Of a stretch of 64,000 bases of DNA, positions 21,314 through 34,847 are shown one piece after another. Each line of letters starts with the position of its first letter. The stretch's first letter is position 1. The position numbers and the translations under genes were made by a program. This DNA comes from an uncultured Candidatus Rokubacteria bacterium (lineage in GTDB: Bacteria; Methylomirabilota; Methylomirabilia; Rokubacteriales; CSP1-6), in assembly GCA_963771355.1 (NCBI GenBank), contig CAVYTA010000003.1:32529-96528 (forward strand). The letters are read 5' to 3'. The notes below the pieces were generated by a model. The model did not search any database. It was not told the origin of the DNA and worked only from the letters and a program-made list of their open reading frames with translations.

Positions 21314-21607
21314 ACTCGATGCAGTCGAAGAAGATCTGCACGGGCTCCACGCAGCAGACGTGCTGAGCCTGCAGGTCCCCGTGGCAGTCGCGGCTGCGCC
21401 GGGCGGCGACCCACGCCGCGAAGCGCGTATCGTCTCGATGCCGCCGAGCTCGTCGATCTCACCCCCGGTGTCGGCGGCCGCATGGAACCGCGCCACCGTC
21501 GTCCCAATCCCGTCGATCAGCTCCACGCGGTCCGCCGGATGTGGATAGAGAGCCGGATCGAGGAGCCGCTCGACGAGGCGGGGCCGCTGGCTCGAGCGTT
21601 CGGTCAT
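21311..21607 (-). pseudogene. Internally deleted duplicate of the APH/AAA kinase 5' region
   Basis: Three near-identical blocks matching 19432-19526, 19033-19123 and 18803-18916, joined by 312-bp and 118-bp deletions. Confidence 0.9.
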
Positions 21608-21764
21608 GGGCGTTCCGGGGTGGGCGGCATCACACTGCCATAGCGGTGCACGACGCGCGAGCCCGCCGGCTCGCGCAGATGGCCACGCAACTCGAAACGC
21701 CGCACACATCCCGCACAGCGCGAGGGGGCCACAATCCCGACCCCCTCGCAACTATGCGAGAAAA

Positions 21765-21841
21765 TGGTGCGCCCTAGAGGAGTCGAACCTCTGGCCTTCG
21801 GATTCGTAGTCCGACGCTCTATCCAACTGAGCTAAGGGCGC
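21765..21841 (-). tRNA. tRNA-Arg(ACG)
   Basis: GCGCCCTTAGCTCAGTTGGATAGAGCGTCGGACT-ACG-AATCCGAAGGCCAGAGGTTCGACTCCTCTAGGGCGCACCA. Confidence 0.97.
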
Positions 21842-21844
21842 GTC

Positions 21845-21938
21845 TGGCGGAGAGGCCGGGATTCGAACCCGGGACAGAGGTTTTGCCCCTGTAACCGCTT
21901 AGCAGGCGGCTGCCTTCGGCCGACTCGGCCACCTCTCC
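21845..21938 (-). tRNA. tRNA-Ser(GCT)
   Basis: Anticodon arm GCCGC-CTGCTAA-GCGGT, long variable arm, CCA end; 3 nt from tRNA-Arg. Confidence 0.96.
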
Positions 21939-21989
21939 AACAGTAAAGCCTGTTGAGTATAAGGCATTATACCGGCGGGAGGATACCCC

Positions 21990-23732
21990 ATGAGTCGGAT
22001 GCGCCAACTGTTCCGCGACGCCTGGGCCATCGCGCGGCCCTACTGGTTCTCCGAAGACCGGTGGGCTGGCCGCGGGCTGCTCGTCGCGGTGATCGCCCTC
22101 AACCTGGGCATCGTCTTCATCAACGTGCTCCTGAACAAGTGGAACAATGCCTTCTACAACTCGCTCCAGGACAAGGACTACGCCGCCTTCGTCAGCCAGC
22201 TCTTCAAGTTCACCTATCTCGCGGCCGCCTACATCGTGGCCGCGGTGTATCAGCTCTACCTCAACCAGATGCTTCAGATCCGCTGGCGGCGCTGGCTCAC
22301 CGACCGCTATCTGACCGGCTGGCTGAAGGACACCGCCTACTACCGGATGCAGCTTCATGCCACCGAGACGGACAACCCCGACCAGCGCATCGCGGAAGAC
22401 CTCCGCCTCTTCGTCTCGACCACGCTGGGCCTGTCGCTCGGCTTCCTGCGCGCGATCGTGACCCTGGTCTCCTTCATCGCCATCCTCTGGGTCCTCTCGG
22501 GCCCGTTCACCATCCCCTGGGTCAATGTGACGGTGCCGGGCTACATGGTCTGGACGGCCCTGCTCTACGCCATCGTGGGCACCTGGCTGACCAACCTCAT
22601 CGGGCGGCCGCTCATCCAGCTCAACTTCAACCAGCAGCGCTACGAGGCCGACTTCCGATACTCGCTCGTGCGCTTCCGCGAGAACACGGAAGGGGTGGCG
22701 CTCTACCGCGGCGAGGCCGACGAGCTGCGCGGCTTCCGCGACCGGTTCGCGAACGTGGTGCGGAACTGGTGGGGCATCATGCGCCAGCAGAAGCGGCTCA
22801 CCTCCTTCACCGCGGGCTACAGCCAGGTCGCGATCATCTTCCCCTTCGTGGTCGCCGCCCCCCGCTACTTCCGCGGCGAGTTCGCGCTGGGGGGGCTCAT
22901 GCAGACCGCCTCGGCCTTCGGTCAGGTGCAGGACGCCCTGTCCTATATCATCTCCTCGTATACCGACATCGCCGAGTGGCGCGCCGTGGTGGCGCGACTC
23001 GTAGGCTTCAACAAGGCGCTCGACCAGGTGCGCACCGAGGCCGCCATCCAGGGCATCCGGCACGAGGAGGCCCCCGCGGGCGGCCTCGGTCTGGAGCACG
23101 TGCACCTGGCCCTGCCCGACGGCCGCCCCCTCGTCGAGGACATCTCCGTCTCGCTACGCCGCGGGGACAACGCGCTGATCAGCGGGCCCTCGGGCGCGGG
23201 AAAGAGCACGCTCTTCCGCGCCATCGCGGGCATCTGGCCGTTCGGACGGGGGCGGATCACCATGCCGGCGGGGGACCGCGTCCTCTTCCTGCCGCAGAAG
23301 CCCTATCTCCCACTGGGCACCATCCGCGAGATCGTGAGCTATCCGACCCCCCCAGCCGGTCTCACGGACGCCACGCTGCGAGAGGGGCTGGAGGCGGTGG
23401 GGCTCCCCCAGCTGGGCGATAAGCTGGACGAGTCGGCCAACTGGGCGCTGCGCCTCTCGCCGGGCGAGCAGCAGCGCATCGCCTTCGCGCGGGCGCTGGT
23501 GCAGAAGCCCGACTGGCTGTTCCTCGACGAGGCGACCTCCGCGGTCGACGAAGCGTCGGAGGGGCCGCTCTATGCGCTGCTGCGGGAGCGGCTACCCGGC
23601 GCCACCGTCATCAGCGTGGGACACCGGAGCACGCTCCGGCCGTTCCATGCGCGCCGGCTCGTGATCAGGCCGAACGGGGCGGGCACCGGCGCGGGGCCGG
23701 CCACCCTGGAGGAGGTGGCGCAGTCGGCCTGA
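21990..23732 (+). CDS. ABC transporter fused permease/ATPase (YddA/ABCD, SbmA/BacA-like TMD)
   Basis: IRWRRWLT, DNPDQRIAEDL, YEADFRYSL, GPSGAGKST, LSPGEQQR, LDEATSA. Confidence 0.92.
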   Translation: MSRMRQLFRDAWAIARPYWFSEDRWAGRGLLVAVIALNLGIVFINVLLNKWNNAFYNSLQDKDYAAFVSQLFKFTYLAAAYIVAAVYQLYLNQMLQIRWRRWLTDRYLTGWLKDTAYYRMQLHATETDNPDQRIAEDLRLFVSTTLGLSLGFLRAIVTLVSFIAILWVLSGPFTIPWVNVTVPGYMVWTALLYAIVGTWLTNLIGRPLIQLNFNQQRYEADFRYSLVRFRENTEGVALYRGEADELRGFRDRFANVVRNWWGIMRQQKRLTSFTAGYSQVAIIFPFVVAAPRYFRGEFALGGLMQTASAFGQVQDALSYIISSYTDIAEWRAVVARLVGFNKALDQVRTEAAIQGIRHEEAPAGGLGLEHVHLALPDGRPLVEDISVSLRRGDNALISGPSGAGKSTLFRAIAGIWPFGRGRITMPAGDRVLFLPQKPYLPLGTIREIVSYPTPPAGLTDATLREGLEAVGLPQLGDKLDESANWALRLSPGEQQRIAFARALVQKPDWLFLDEATSAVDEASEGPLYALLRERLPGATVISVGHRSTLRPFHARRLVIRPNGAGTGAGPATLEEVAQSA

Positions 23733-23746
23733 GCCCCGGGGGAGAG

Positions 23747-23836
23747 TGGCGGAGGGGGAGGGATTCGAACCCCCGATCCCTTGCGGGATTCCGGTTTTCA
23801 AGACCGGCGCCTTCAACCGGACTCGGCCACCCCTCC
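23747..23836 (-). tRNA. tRNA-Ser(TGA)
   Basis: Anticodon arm CCGGT-CTTGAAA-ACCGG, long variable arm, CCA end. Confidence 0.96.
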
Positions 23837-23886
23837 GTCGCCCTAACTAGCCGCTGAATCTTAGCATTTCCGCGCGCGGGCTCTTG

Positions 23887-24870
23887 CTACTCGATCACCT
23901 GATCCGCCTGCAGCAAGAGTGACTGCGGGATCGTCAGCCCGATCGCCCTGGCCGTCTTCAGGTTGATGACCAGCTCGAACTTCGAAGGCCGCTCGACCGG
24001 CAGCTCGGACGGCTTGGCGCCCTTGAGGATTCTATCCACGTAGTCGGCTGCTCGTCGGTAAAGGTCTTCGGCGTTGGCTCCGTACGACATGAGTCCGCCG
24101 GACTTCGGAAAGACGCTGAACACGTGCATCCCAGGCAAGCGTCGCTGCCTCTCGTAGTCCGCGATGGCCAACCGATGATCTCTGAAGATTTCATCCTGCT
24201 GCACGATGAGTGCACCGACCTGAGCCGCCGCCATGCGTGCGAACGCCCCCTCGAGCTCGGAAGCAGTGCGCACCTCGGCGAGATGAAGTGTCAGTCCCAA
24301 GCTGCGGGCGGCGGCATTCATCTCGGTGAGTTGAGCTTGGTGGACCGCATAGCCGGGATTGGCCAGGTAGCCTACCCGAGCGAGACTGGGGATCGCCTGC
24401 TTGAGCACCTCCAAACGCTTGGACATGAGTTCCCGATTGATCGTGGTGAGCCCGGTGAAATTGCCACCTGGCCGCGCCAGACTTCCCACCAGCCCGGTCA
24501 CGACCGGCTCACTCACCGTGGCGAAGACGACCGGGAGGGTCGTCCCCGTCCGCTTCATCGCGAGGGCCGCGGGCGTGTTCACCGCAACGATGACGTCCAG
24601 GGGCAAGCGCGCCAGTTCGGCCGCGTGGGCGTCAAGCGTCTTCCCCATGTCCCCCCATCGGTATTCGACCGCGATATTCGTTCCTTCGATCCATCCGTGA
24701 TCCCGAAGCCCACCGGTGAACGCCTTGGTTACCCCAGCACTTGCCGTCGAGGTGCCGGAGGACAGATACCCGATCCGGGCCACCTTCCCCGCTTGCTGCG
24801 CCTCGACGACGAACGGCGCGGCGAGGAGACCGCCCGCGACTACTCCAAGGAACACGCGCCGCTCTATCAC
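23887..24870 (-). CDS. Orphan ABC transporter substrate-binding protein (ABC_sub_bind type)
   Basis: RRVFLG signal, GLVGSLARPGGNFTG, GGLMSYG, YVDRILKGAKPSELPVE, FELVINLKTA. Start placed at GTG 24870. Confidence 0.9.
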   Translation of the reverse strand: MIERRVFLGVVAGGLLAAPFVVEAQQAGKVARIGYLSSGTSTASAGVTKAFTGGLRDHGWIEGTNIAVEYRWGDMGKTLDAHAAELARLPLDVIVAVNTPAALAMKRTGTTLPVVFATVSEPVVTGLVGSLARPGGNFTGLTTINRELMSKRLEVLKQAIPSLARVGYLANPGYAVHQAQLTEMNAAARSLGLTLHLAEVRTASELEGAFARMAAAQVGALIVQQDEIFRDHRLAIADYERQRRLPGMHVFSVFPKSGGLMSYGANAEDLYRRAADYVDRILKGAKPSELPVERPSKFELVINLKTARAIGLTIPQSLLLQADQVIE

Positions 24871-25277
24871 CGGGCCCTCCCCAAAAGTCGTCTGCGAATC
24901 AGGCGCGAAGGAATGCGGAGCCTGCGGTACGCGGGCCGGGTCCATCGGATATTGCCTCCCAGGCTGCGGGGGAGTCTACCAGAAGTGCGCGGCTCGCCGC
25001 CCTGAACTGCGTCTCGGGCTCTGTGCGCAAGGGGCTCTTGCTGGCGCCAGAGATTCCGGACGGGATCGACAGAGCTTCAGGGGCGTGCGGGCGGCCCTCC
25101 CTGCGCTACGTGGAGCGGCCAGGGGGCGGGGGGCCTAATGAGCCCCAGAGGTGGTGCGATGGGGCCCAGGGGGTCTGGACGGAGATGAAGGCAGACGTGA
25201 CCGGGTGAGGGCCAGCGCCGAGCCAGCCGCGGCGGGGGGGCCGGGTAGGCGCCTTCGGCCAACCTCTCCCCGGAACT

Positions 25278-26624
25278 CTAGAGCGACTTGAGGTACTCGA
25301 TCAGGTCCTGTGATTCTGCCGCCGTCAGCCCGAGGCTCATGACACGGTTGTAGTGGCTCACGACCTCCGCCAGCGTCGAGAACCGCCCGTCGTGGTAGAA
25401 GCCGCCCTTGTGGATCTTCTTCGTCTCCCAGAGCGCCCGGAGCGGCGTCGTGCGATAGGCACGGTCCGGGGACCGGTCGGCCTGGAAGGAATCGATCCCG
25501 ATCTCGTCGGCCTTGTGGAGATTCCAGCCCGGCTCCGTGAAGATGGGCGGCACATGGCAGGTTGCGCATCGCGCCTTCCCGGAGAAGGTCGCCTGGCCAC
25601 GCGCGGCGCGCGCCTGGTCGAAGGTGTCCGCGGGCGGCTTTGGAACCGGCATGGCGAGCTGATAGAAATGGAGCGCGGCCAGCTTGGGGGTGATCCGATC
25701 GTCCGGCGTGCGCTTGTTCGCCAGTCCCGCGCGCGCCGCGACCGGATACTGCTCCCGATTGTTCAGCCGCGGGTCGAAGAAATTGCCTCGGCCATGCATC
25801 TCGAGGTTGGCCACGAATGCGTTCCAGTACGTCACCCCGCCCCAGGAGCCCGTCCATGTATGCTGATTGACCCCCGCCAGACCGAACGCCGGCGGAATCA
25901 GCGTGGCGGCGGACTTGCCGTCGGGACGGAACGCCTTGCCATCGAGGGTGAGCTGGGCGTCAAACTTGCCCGGCCCCCAGCTTGCGAGCACCTTGCGAAC
26001 CGTCGCCTCGTCGACCCCCAGCAGGTCGACATATGGCTTCAAGGTCGGGGCCAGCGACACGATGGCGCCGATGTTCAGATCGCTGTTGGGCCACCCGTCG
26101 AGCCGGCGGCCAATGCCGGGCGCGAGGGCGTCGTCCACATGCGAATGGCAGAGCGCGCACTGGATACCCACGGACGTGATCCGGCCCTGCGGATCGAAGA
26201 ACCCTGTCACGCCCACCACCGCATTGGCCTTGAGGAGGGCGAGCGTGCTGCTCGGGTCGTCGAGGTCCACCTTCCCCGCCTTGAGGGCGTCAACGAGCGA
26301 CGACGGTAGCGCCGCCAGGTCGACCTTGAGGCCGGCGGCAAGGGCCTGCTTCGGCGAGACGCCGGCGCCGACGCCGCCGTTCTTCTGCCCCGCGATCCCC
26401 CGATGGAGCTGGAGCGCGCCTCCCCAGAACCCTTCGCTGCCGAAGGTGTCGTTGCGAAAGGCCGCCCGCCCTTCCTCCATCAGCCGGCGGGCATTCTCGC
26501 CGATGGCCCCATCGAAGCCCCTCGACATGTCACCGCCAGTCTCGGGCCCCCGCATCGACATGCACGCCGCCACCGCCAACCCGGCCAGGACCACGATGCT
26601 CCCGACCCGTGCGCCGATCTTCAT
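25278..26624 (-). CDS. Putative di-haem cytochrome c lipoprotein of unknown function
   Basis: Lipobox LAVAA|C; two CxxCH motifs (CALCH, CATCH); C-terminal TTPLRAL...YHDG..TL..VV.HY resembling the bCcP/MauG C-domain. Confidence 0.8.
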   Translation of the reverse strand: MKIGARVGSIVVLAGLAVAACMSMRGPETGGDMSRGFDGAIGENARRLMEEGRAAFRNDTFGSEGFWGGALQLHRGIAGQKNGGVGAGVSPKQALAAGLKVDLAALPSSLVDALKAGKVDLDDPSSTLALLKANAVVGVTGFFDPQGRITSVGIQCALCHSHVDDALAPGIGRRLDGWPNSDLNIGAIVSLAPTLKPYVDLLGVDEATVRKVLASWGPGKFDAQLTLDGKAFRPDGKSAATLIPPAFGLAGVNQHTWTGSWGGVTYWNAFVANLEMHGRGNFFDPRLNNREQYPVAARAGLANKRTPDDRITPKLAALHFYQLAMPVPKPPADTFDQARAARGQATFSGKARCATCHVPPIFTEPGWNLHKADEIGIDSFQADRSPDRAYRTTPLRALWETKKIHKGGFYHDGRFSTLAEVVSHYNRVMSLGLTAAESQDLIEYLKSL

Positions 26625-26683
26625 GGTCAGTCTCCTCGCGCAGCGCTGCCTGCTAACGCTTAGATGCGCGAGAACGCCAGATC

Positions 26684-26917
26684 TTACTGCGGGGGGCGCG
26701 TGATCTGGAGGAGGGCCTGGTACTCCTCGCCACACTCCGAGCACTGGGCGCTATGCTGAGCCACCTGCGGGAACGCCGCCTGGGCGGCGGGCGCGCCGGA
26801 GCTCGCGGCCAGGTCGACGTAGGCGGGGAGCAGCTCGAAGAACTCCGAGCAGACGATCTCGGACTCGCGCGCCTCGAAGACCGTGCCGAGGAACCGGATC
26901 AGCGCCGCGCGCTCCAT
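26684..26917 (-). CDS. Small soluble ZAS-type anti-sigma factor
   Basis: C-x-EFFELLPAYVD...H-x3-C-x2-C (HSAQCSEC); starts 1 bp after the ECF sigma stop. Confidence 0.75.
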   Translation of the reverse strand: MERAALIRFLGTVFEARESEIVCSEFFELLPAYVDLAASSGAPAAQAAFPQVAQHSAQCSECGEEYQALLQITRPPQ

Positions 26918-26918
26918 C

Positions 26919-27560
26919 CTAGGAGGACCCCCTTTCGAAGGCTTTCAGCGCATCCTCGAGGCTGACCCCGCCGGCCAGCAAGGCTGCGCGGAGCTTTCGC
27001 CGGGCGTCGTGGATGGCCTTGTACACCGCGTCGCGCGAGATGCCAAGGTCTGCGGCGAGGAGATCCAGTGGCTGCTGATGAAAGACGTGGGCGAGGAGCA
27101 CGCGCCGCTGATGCGCGGTCAGCTCCGTCTCGATGATCTGCTTGATCCTCGCCCACAGCTCCCGCTGAAGGGCGGCGCGGTCGGGGGCCGGGGACTCGTC
27201 GAGGGGCCAGTCGGGAACACCGCCATCGCGGGAATCGGGCAGTCTCGGGGTCCAGCGCTGCCGGCGCAGCTGCCCGAGCAGGACGTTGACCGCGATCCGA
27301 TGGACCCAGGTGGTGAAGCGGCTCTCGTGCCGGAAGGTGTCGAGCTTGGCGCGCACCGTGACCAGCGTGTCGTGGACGGCATCCTCGACGAAGGCTTCGA
27401 CCTCGCCCTCGGCGATACCGGCCGGCCGATTCCGTCGCAGATAGACGACCAGGCTTCGCTGAACCTGTTGCCGGATCGCCGCCCACGCCGCCTCGCTGTC
27501 GGCGCGGAGGGACGTCACCCAGTCGAGGTTGCTTGGTTCCCCTTCGGGCGGCGTCGTCAT
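26919..27560 (-). CDS. ECF RNA polymerase sigma factor
   Basis: Region 2 EDAVHDTL...FRHESRFTTWVHRIAVN; region 4 LTAHQRRVL...LAADLGISRDAVYKAIHDARRKL. Confidence 0.9.
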   Translation of the reverse strand: MTTPPEGEPSNLDWVTSLRADSEAAWAAIRQQVQRSLVVYLRRNRPAGIAEGEVEAFVEDAVHDTLVTVRAKLDTFRHESRFTTWVHRIAVNVLLGQLRRQRWTPRLPDSRDGGVPDWPLDESPAPDRAALQRELWARIKQIIETELTAHQRRVLLAHVFHQQPLDLLAADLGISRDAVYKAIHDARRKLRAALLAGGVSLEDALKAFERGSS

Positions 27561-27590
27561 CGAGGAGCCGCGCGGGCGACCATCCGAGCG

Positions 27591-28883
27591 CTACTGCGCG
27601 CGATCGAGGCGCTCGAGCCCGCCCATGTACGGGCGGAGGACGGGCGGCACGGTGACGCTGCCGTCGGCCTCCTGGTAGTTCTCGAGGACGGCGATGAGGG
27701 TGCGGCCCACCGCGAGGCCGGAGCCGTTGAGGGTGTGGCAGAATTCCGTCTTGCCGCCGCCGGCGGGCCGGAACTTGAGGTCGAGCCGGCGGGCCTGGAA
27801 GGCCTCGCAGTTCGAGCAGGACGAGATCTCTCGATATTTCCCCTGCCCCGGCAGCCACACCTCGATGTCATAGCTCTTGGCCGCCGTGAAGCTCGCGTCC
27901 CCCGCGCAATGGAGCACCACGCGGTACGGGATCTCCAGGCGCTTCAGCACCTCTTCCGCCTCGACCACCATGGACTCCAGCTCGTCGTAGGACTGGGCGG
28001 GCGTGGTGACCTTCACCAGCTCCACCTTGTCGAACTGGTGCTGGCGGATCATGCCCTTCATGTCCTTGCCGTAGGTGCCTGCCTCGCGGCGATAGCAGGG
28101 CGTGAAGGCGGTGTAGCGGCGCGGCAGGGTCGCCTCGGCGAGGGTCTCGTCGGCGTGGAGCGCGGTGAGCGGCACCTCCGCGGTGGGGATCAGGTAGAGC
28201 AGCCGGTTCTCGTCCGCCTCGTGGGTCTTGAAGAGCCCGTCCTCGAACTTGGGCAGCTGCCCGGTCCGGAGCATGGTGCTCCCGTTCACGAGCTGCGGCA
28301 CCCAGAGCTCGGTATAGCCATGCTCGCGCGTGTGGAGGTCGAGCATGAACTGGGTGAGCGCGCGCCCAAGCCGCGCCGCGGGGCCCCACATCACGGTGAA
28401 GCGCGACTTGGCGAGCTTGACCGCGCGGGCGAAGTCGAGCAGGCCCAGGGCCTCGCCGAGCACGTCGTGGGATTTGGGGTCGAAGCCGAACTGGCGGGGC
28501 TCGCCCCAGCGGCGGATCTCCACGTTCTCGTCTTCCGTGGTGCCGGGCGGGACGGAGGGGTGCGGGAGATTGGGTAGCTGGAGCAGCAGGGCCTCGACCT
28601 GCTCGTCGACCTGCTTGACCTGGGCGTCGAGATCCTTGATGCGGTCCCCGACCTCGCGCATCCGCGCCGTGACGGCCTCGGGATTTTCGCCGCGGCGCTT
28701 GGCCTGACCGATGGCTTCCGAGGCGCGGTTGCGCTCGGCCTTGAGGGCCTCCACCTCCGCGATGAGCCGGCGCCGCTCGGCGTCCTTGGCGACGATCTCG
28801 CGGACCAGCTCGGCGCCCCCCCGGTCCCGGAGCCCGCGCTCCACCGCCTCGGGATTCTCGCGGAGGAGGCGGATGTCCAGCAT
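27591..28883 (-). CDS. serS: Serine--tRNA ligase
   Basis: LIPTAEVPL, YRREAG, RQHQFDKVE, YREISSCSN, HTLNGSGLAVGR. Confidence 0.98.
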   Translation of the reverse strand: MLDIRLLRENPEAVERGLRDRGGAELVREIVAKDAERRRLIAEVEALKAERNRASEAIGQAKRRGENPEAVTARMREVGDRIKDLDAQVKQVDEQVEALLLQLPNLPHPSVPPGTTEDENVEIRRWGEPRQFGFDPKSHDVLGEALGLLDFARAVKLAKSRFTVMWGPAARLGRALTQFMLDLHTREHGYTELWVPQLVNGSTMLRTGQLPKFEDGLFKTHEADENRLLYLIPTAEVPLTALHADETLAEATLPRRYTAFTPCYRREAGTYGKDMKGMIRQHQFDKVELVKVTTPAQSYDELESMVVEAEEVLKRLEIPYRVVLHCAGDASFTAAKSYDIEVWLPGQGKYREISSCSNCEAFQARRLDLKFRPAGGGKTEFCHTLNGSGLAVGRTLIAVLENYQEADGSVTVPPVLRPYMGGLERLDRAQ

Positions 28884-28896
28884 GGCGGGGCCCCGG

Positions 28897-31335
28897 CTAG
28901 ACGGTGGCGGCGGGCGTCTGCTCGGCGTCGACGCGGGCGAGGCTGCCGACCTTGTCGTCGGCGTCGAGGTCCACGATGCGGACGCCCATGGTATTGCGGC
29001 CCTGGAGCTTCACGTCGGTGGCGTGGAAGCGAATCATCTTGCCCTTGGTGGTGACGAGCAGCACATCGTCGTCGTCGCGCACCTGAAGCATGCCCACCAC
29101 CGTTCCGTTCCGCCCCTCCGTCTTGATGTCGATGATGCCCTTGCCGGCGCGGCCCTGGAGCCGGTACTCCTCCAGCGGGGTGCGCTTGCCGTACCCGCGC
29201 TCGGTGACGGTGAGGATGCTCGCGCCCTCCTGCACCACGTCGGCGCAGATGACGGCGTCACCCTCGTCCACGTCGATGCCGCGGACGCCGGCGGCGGTGC
29301 GGCCCATGGGGCGCACCTCTTCCTCGCTGAAGCGGATGATCATCCCCGCCTTGGTAGCGAGGAGGACCTCACGCTGGCCGTCGGTGCGGCGGGCGGCCAT
29401 CACCTCGTCGCCGTCCTCCAGCGTGATGGCCTGGATGCCGCCCGAGCGCGGATGCGAGAAGGCGGACAGCTCGGTCTTCTTCACCTTGCCCTGGCGGGTG
29501 GCGAAGATGACCCAGCCGCCGGTCTCGAAGTCGCGCACGGGCACGCAGGTCGCCACCGACTCGCCCTCGGCGAGCGCCAGCACATTGGCCATGGCCTTGC
29601 CCTTGGCCTGCCGCCCGCCCTCGGGGATCTCGTGCACCTTGAGCCAGTGCACCTTGCCCTTGGTGGTGAAGAAGAGGAGGAAGGAGTGGGTGGACGCCAC
29701 GAAGAGATCGTCGACGATGTCCTCTTCCTTGGTCTCCATGCCGGTCACGCCCTTGCCCCCCCGCTTCTGGCTGCGGTAGGACTCCACGTGCGTCCGCTTG
29801 ATGTAGCCGGAGCGCGTGATGGTGACCACCATGTCGTCGTCGGCGAGGAGGTCCTCGATGGTGAGGTCGGTGGTCTCGGCGAGGATCTCGGTGCGGCGCG
29901 CGTCGCCGAAGGTCTCCTTCAGGGACAATAGCTCGTCCCGGATGATGCCCATCAGCCGGCGGTCGGACTCGAGGATGCCCTTGAGGTCGGCGATGAGGGC
30001 CAGGGTCTGCTCGTGCTCCTCCACGATCTTGTGCCGCTCCAGCTGGGTGAGGCGCTGGAGCCGCATGTCGAGGATGGCCTTGGCCTGGATCTCGGTGAGC
30101 TGGAGCCGCCGCATCAGGCCCTCGCGGGCGGCGTCGGGATTCTCCGCTCCGCGGATGATGGCGATGACGAGGTCGAGCGCGTCCACCGCCTTGCGCAGGC
30201 CTTCGAGGATGTGCGCGCGCTCCTCGGCCCGGGCGAGGTCGTACTTCGTACGGCGGGTGACGATCTCGCGGCGGAAGGCGATGAACTCCTGCAGCATCTG
30301 CTTGAGGTTGACGATCTGCGGCCGCCGGCCCACCAGCGCCAGCATGATCACGCCGAACGTCGTCTGCATCTGGGTGTGCTTGTAGAGCTGGTTGATGGCG
30401 ATCTGCGGGATCTCGCCGCGCCCCAGCTCCAGCACCACCCGGATGCCTTCGCGGCTCGACTCGTCGCGGCGCTCCGAGATGCCCTCGATCTTCTTCTCGC
30501 GCATCAGCTCGCCGATCTTCTCGATGAGCGTGGCCTTGTTCACCTGGTACGGCAGCTCGGTGACGATGATGGCCTCGCGCCCGCCGCGGAGCTTCTCCAC
30601 GTGCGCCTTGGCGCGCAGGGTGATGATGCCGCGCCCGGTGGTATAGGCCTCGCGGATCCCGTTGCGGCCGTAGATGTAGCCGGCGGTGGGGAAGTCCGGC
30701 CCCGGGATCACCTTCATCAAGTCTTCGATCGACGTGTCCGGGTTGTCGATGAGCAGGACGAGGCCGTCCACGATCTCGCCCAGGTTGTGGGGCGGGATAT
30801 TGGTGGCCATGCCGACCGCGATGCCCGAGGAGCCGTTGATGAGGAGGTTCGGCACCTTGGTGGGGAGGACGGTGGGCTCCTGGAGGGACTCGTCGAAATT
30901 GGGGAGAAAGTCGACGGTGTCCTTCTCGATGTCGGCGAGGAGCTCGTGCGCGATGCGGGACAGTCGCGCCTCGGTATAGCGCATGGCCGCGGGCGGATCG
31001 CCGTCGATGGAGCCGAAGTTCCCCTGCCCGTCCACCAGCGGGTAGCGGAGGGAGAACTCCTGGACCATGCGGACCAGGGCTTCGTACACGGGCGAGTCGC
31101 CGTGCGGATGATATTTGCCCAGCACCTCGCCCACCACGCGCGCCGACTTCTTGTAGGGGCGGTTGAACACCAGGCCCAGCTCGGACATGGCGTACAGCAC
31201 GCGGCGGTGCACGGGCTTGAGGCCGTCGCGGATGTCGGGCAGGGCGCGGCCGACGATGACGGACATCGCATAGTCGAGATACGACCTGCGCATCTCCTCT
31301 TCGATGGGAACCGGCGTCTGACGTTCGGGGGACAT
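28897..31335 (-). CDS. gyrA: DNA gyrase subunit A
   Basis: [22 protein letters not shown], GyrA-box QKRGGKG. Confidence 0.99.
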   Translation of the reverse strand: MSPERQTPVPIEEEMRRSYLDYAMSVIVGRALPDIRDGLKPVHRRVLYAMSELGLVFNRPYKKSARVVGEVLGKYHPHGDSPVYEALVRMVQEFSLRYPLVDGQGNFGSIDGDPPAAMRYTEARLSRIAHELLADIEKDTVDFLPNFDESLQEPTVLPTKVPNLLINGSSGIAVGMATNIPPHNLGEIVDGLVLLIDNPDTSIEDLMKVIPGPDFPTAGYIYGRNGIREAYTTGRGIITLRAKAHVEKLRGGREAIIVTELPYQVNKATLIEKIGELMREKKIEGISERRDESSREGIRVVLELGRGEIPQIAINQLYKHTQMQTTFGVIMLALVGRRPQIVNLKQMLQEFIAFRREIVTRRTKYDLARAEERAHILEGLRKAVDALDLVIAIIRGAENPDAAREGLMRRLQLTEIQAKAILDMRLQRLTQLERHKIVEEHEQTLALIADLKGILESDRRLMGIIRDELLSLKETFGDARRTEILAETTDLTIEDLLADDDMVVTITRSGYIKRTHVESYRSQKRGGKGVTGMETKEEDIVDDLFVASTHSFLLFFTTKGKVHWLKVHEIPEGGRQAKGKAMANVLALAEGESVATCVPVRDFETGGWVIFATRQGKVKKTELSAFSHPRSGGIQAITLEDGDEVMAARRTDGQREVLLATKAGMIIRFSEEEVRPMGRTAAGVRGIDVDEGDAVICADVVQEGASILTVTERGYGKRTPLEEYRLQGRAGKGIIDIKTEGRNGTVVGMLQVRDDDDVLLVTTKGKMIRFHATDVKLQGRNTMGVRIVDLDADDKVGSLARVDAEQTPAATV

Positions 31336-31359
31336 GAGGCTCCTTCGGACTGGTGCCGC

Positions 31360-34823
<3,464 letters not shown>

Positions 34824-34847
34824 CCGGGATTCGCTCCTCCCTGAATC

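Noticed and set aside
23747..23836. Possible tRNA-Sec or suppressor tRNA
   Set aside because: The anticodon is TGA (reads UCA, Ser), not TCA, and the acceptor stem and discriminator are standard for tRNA-Ser.
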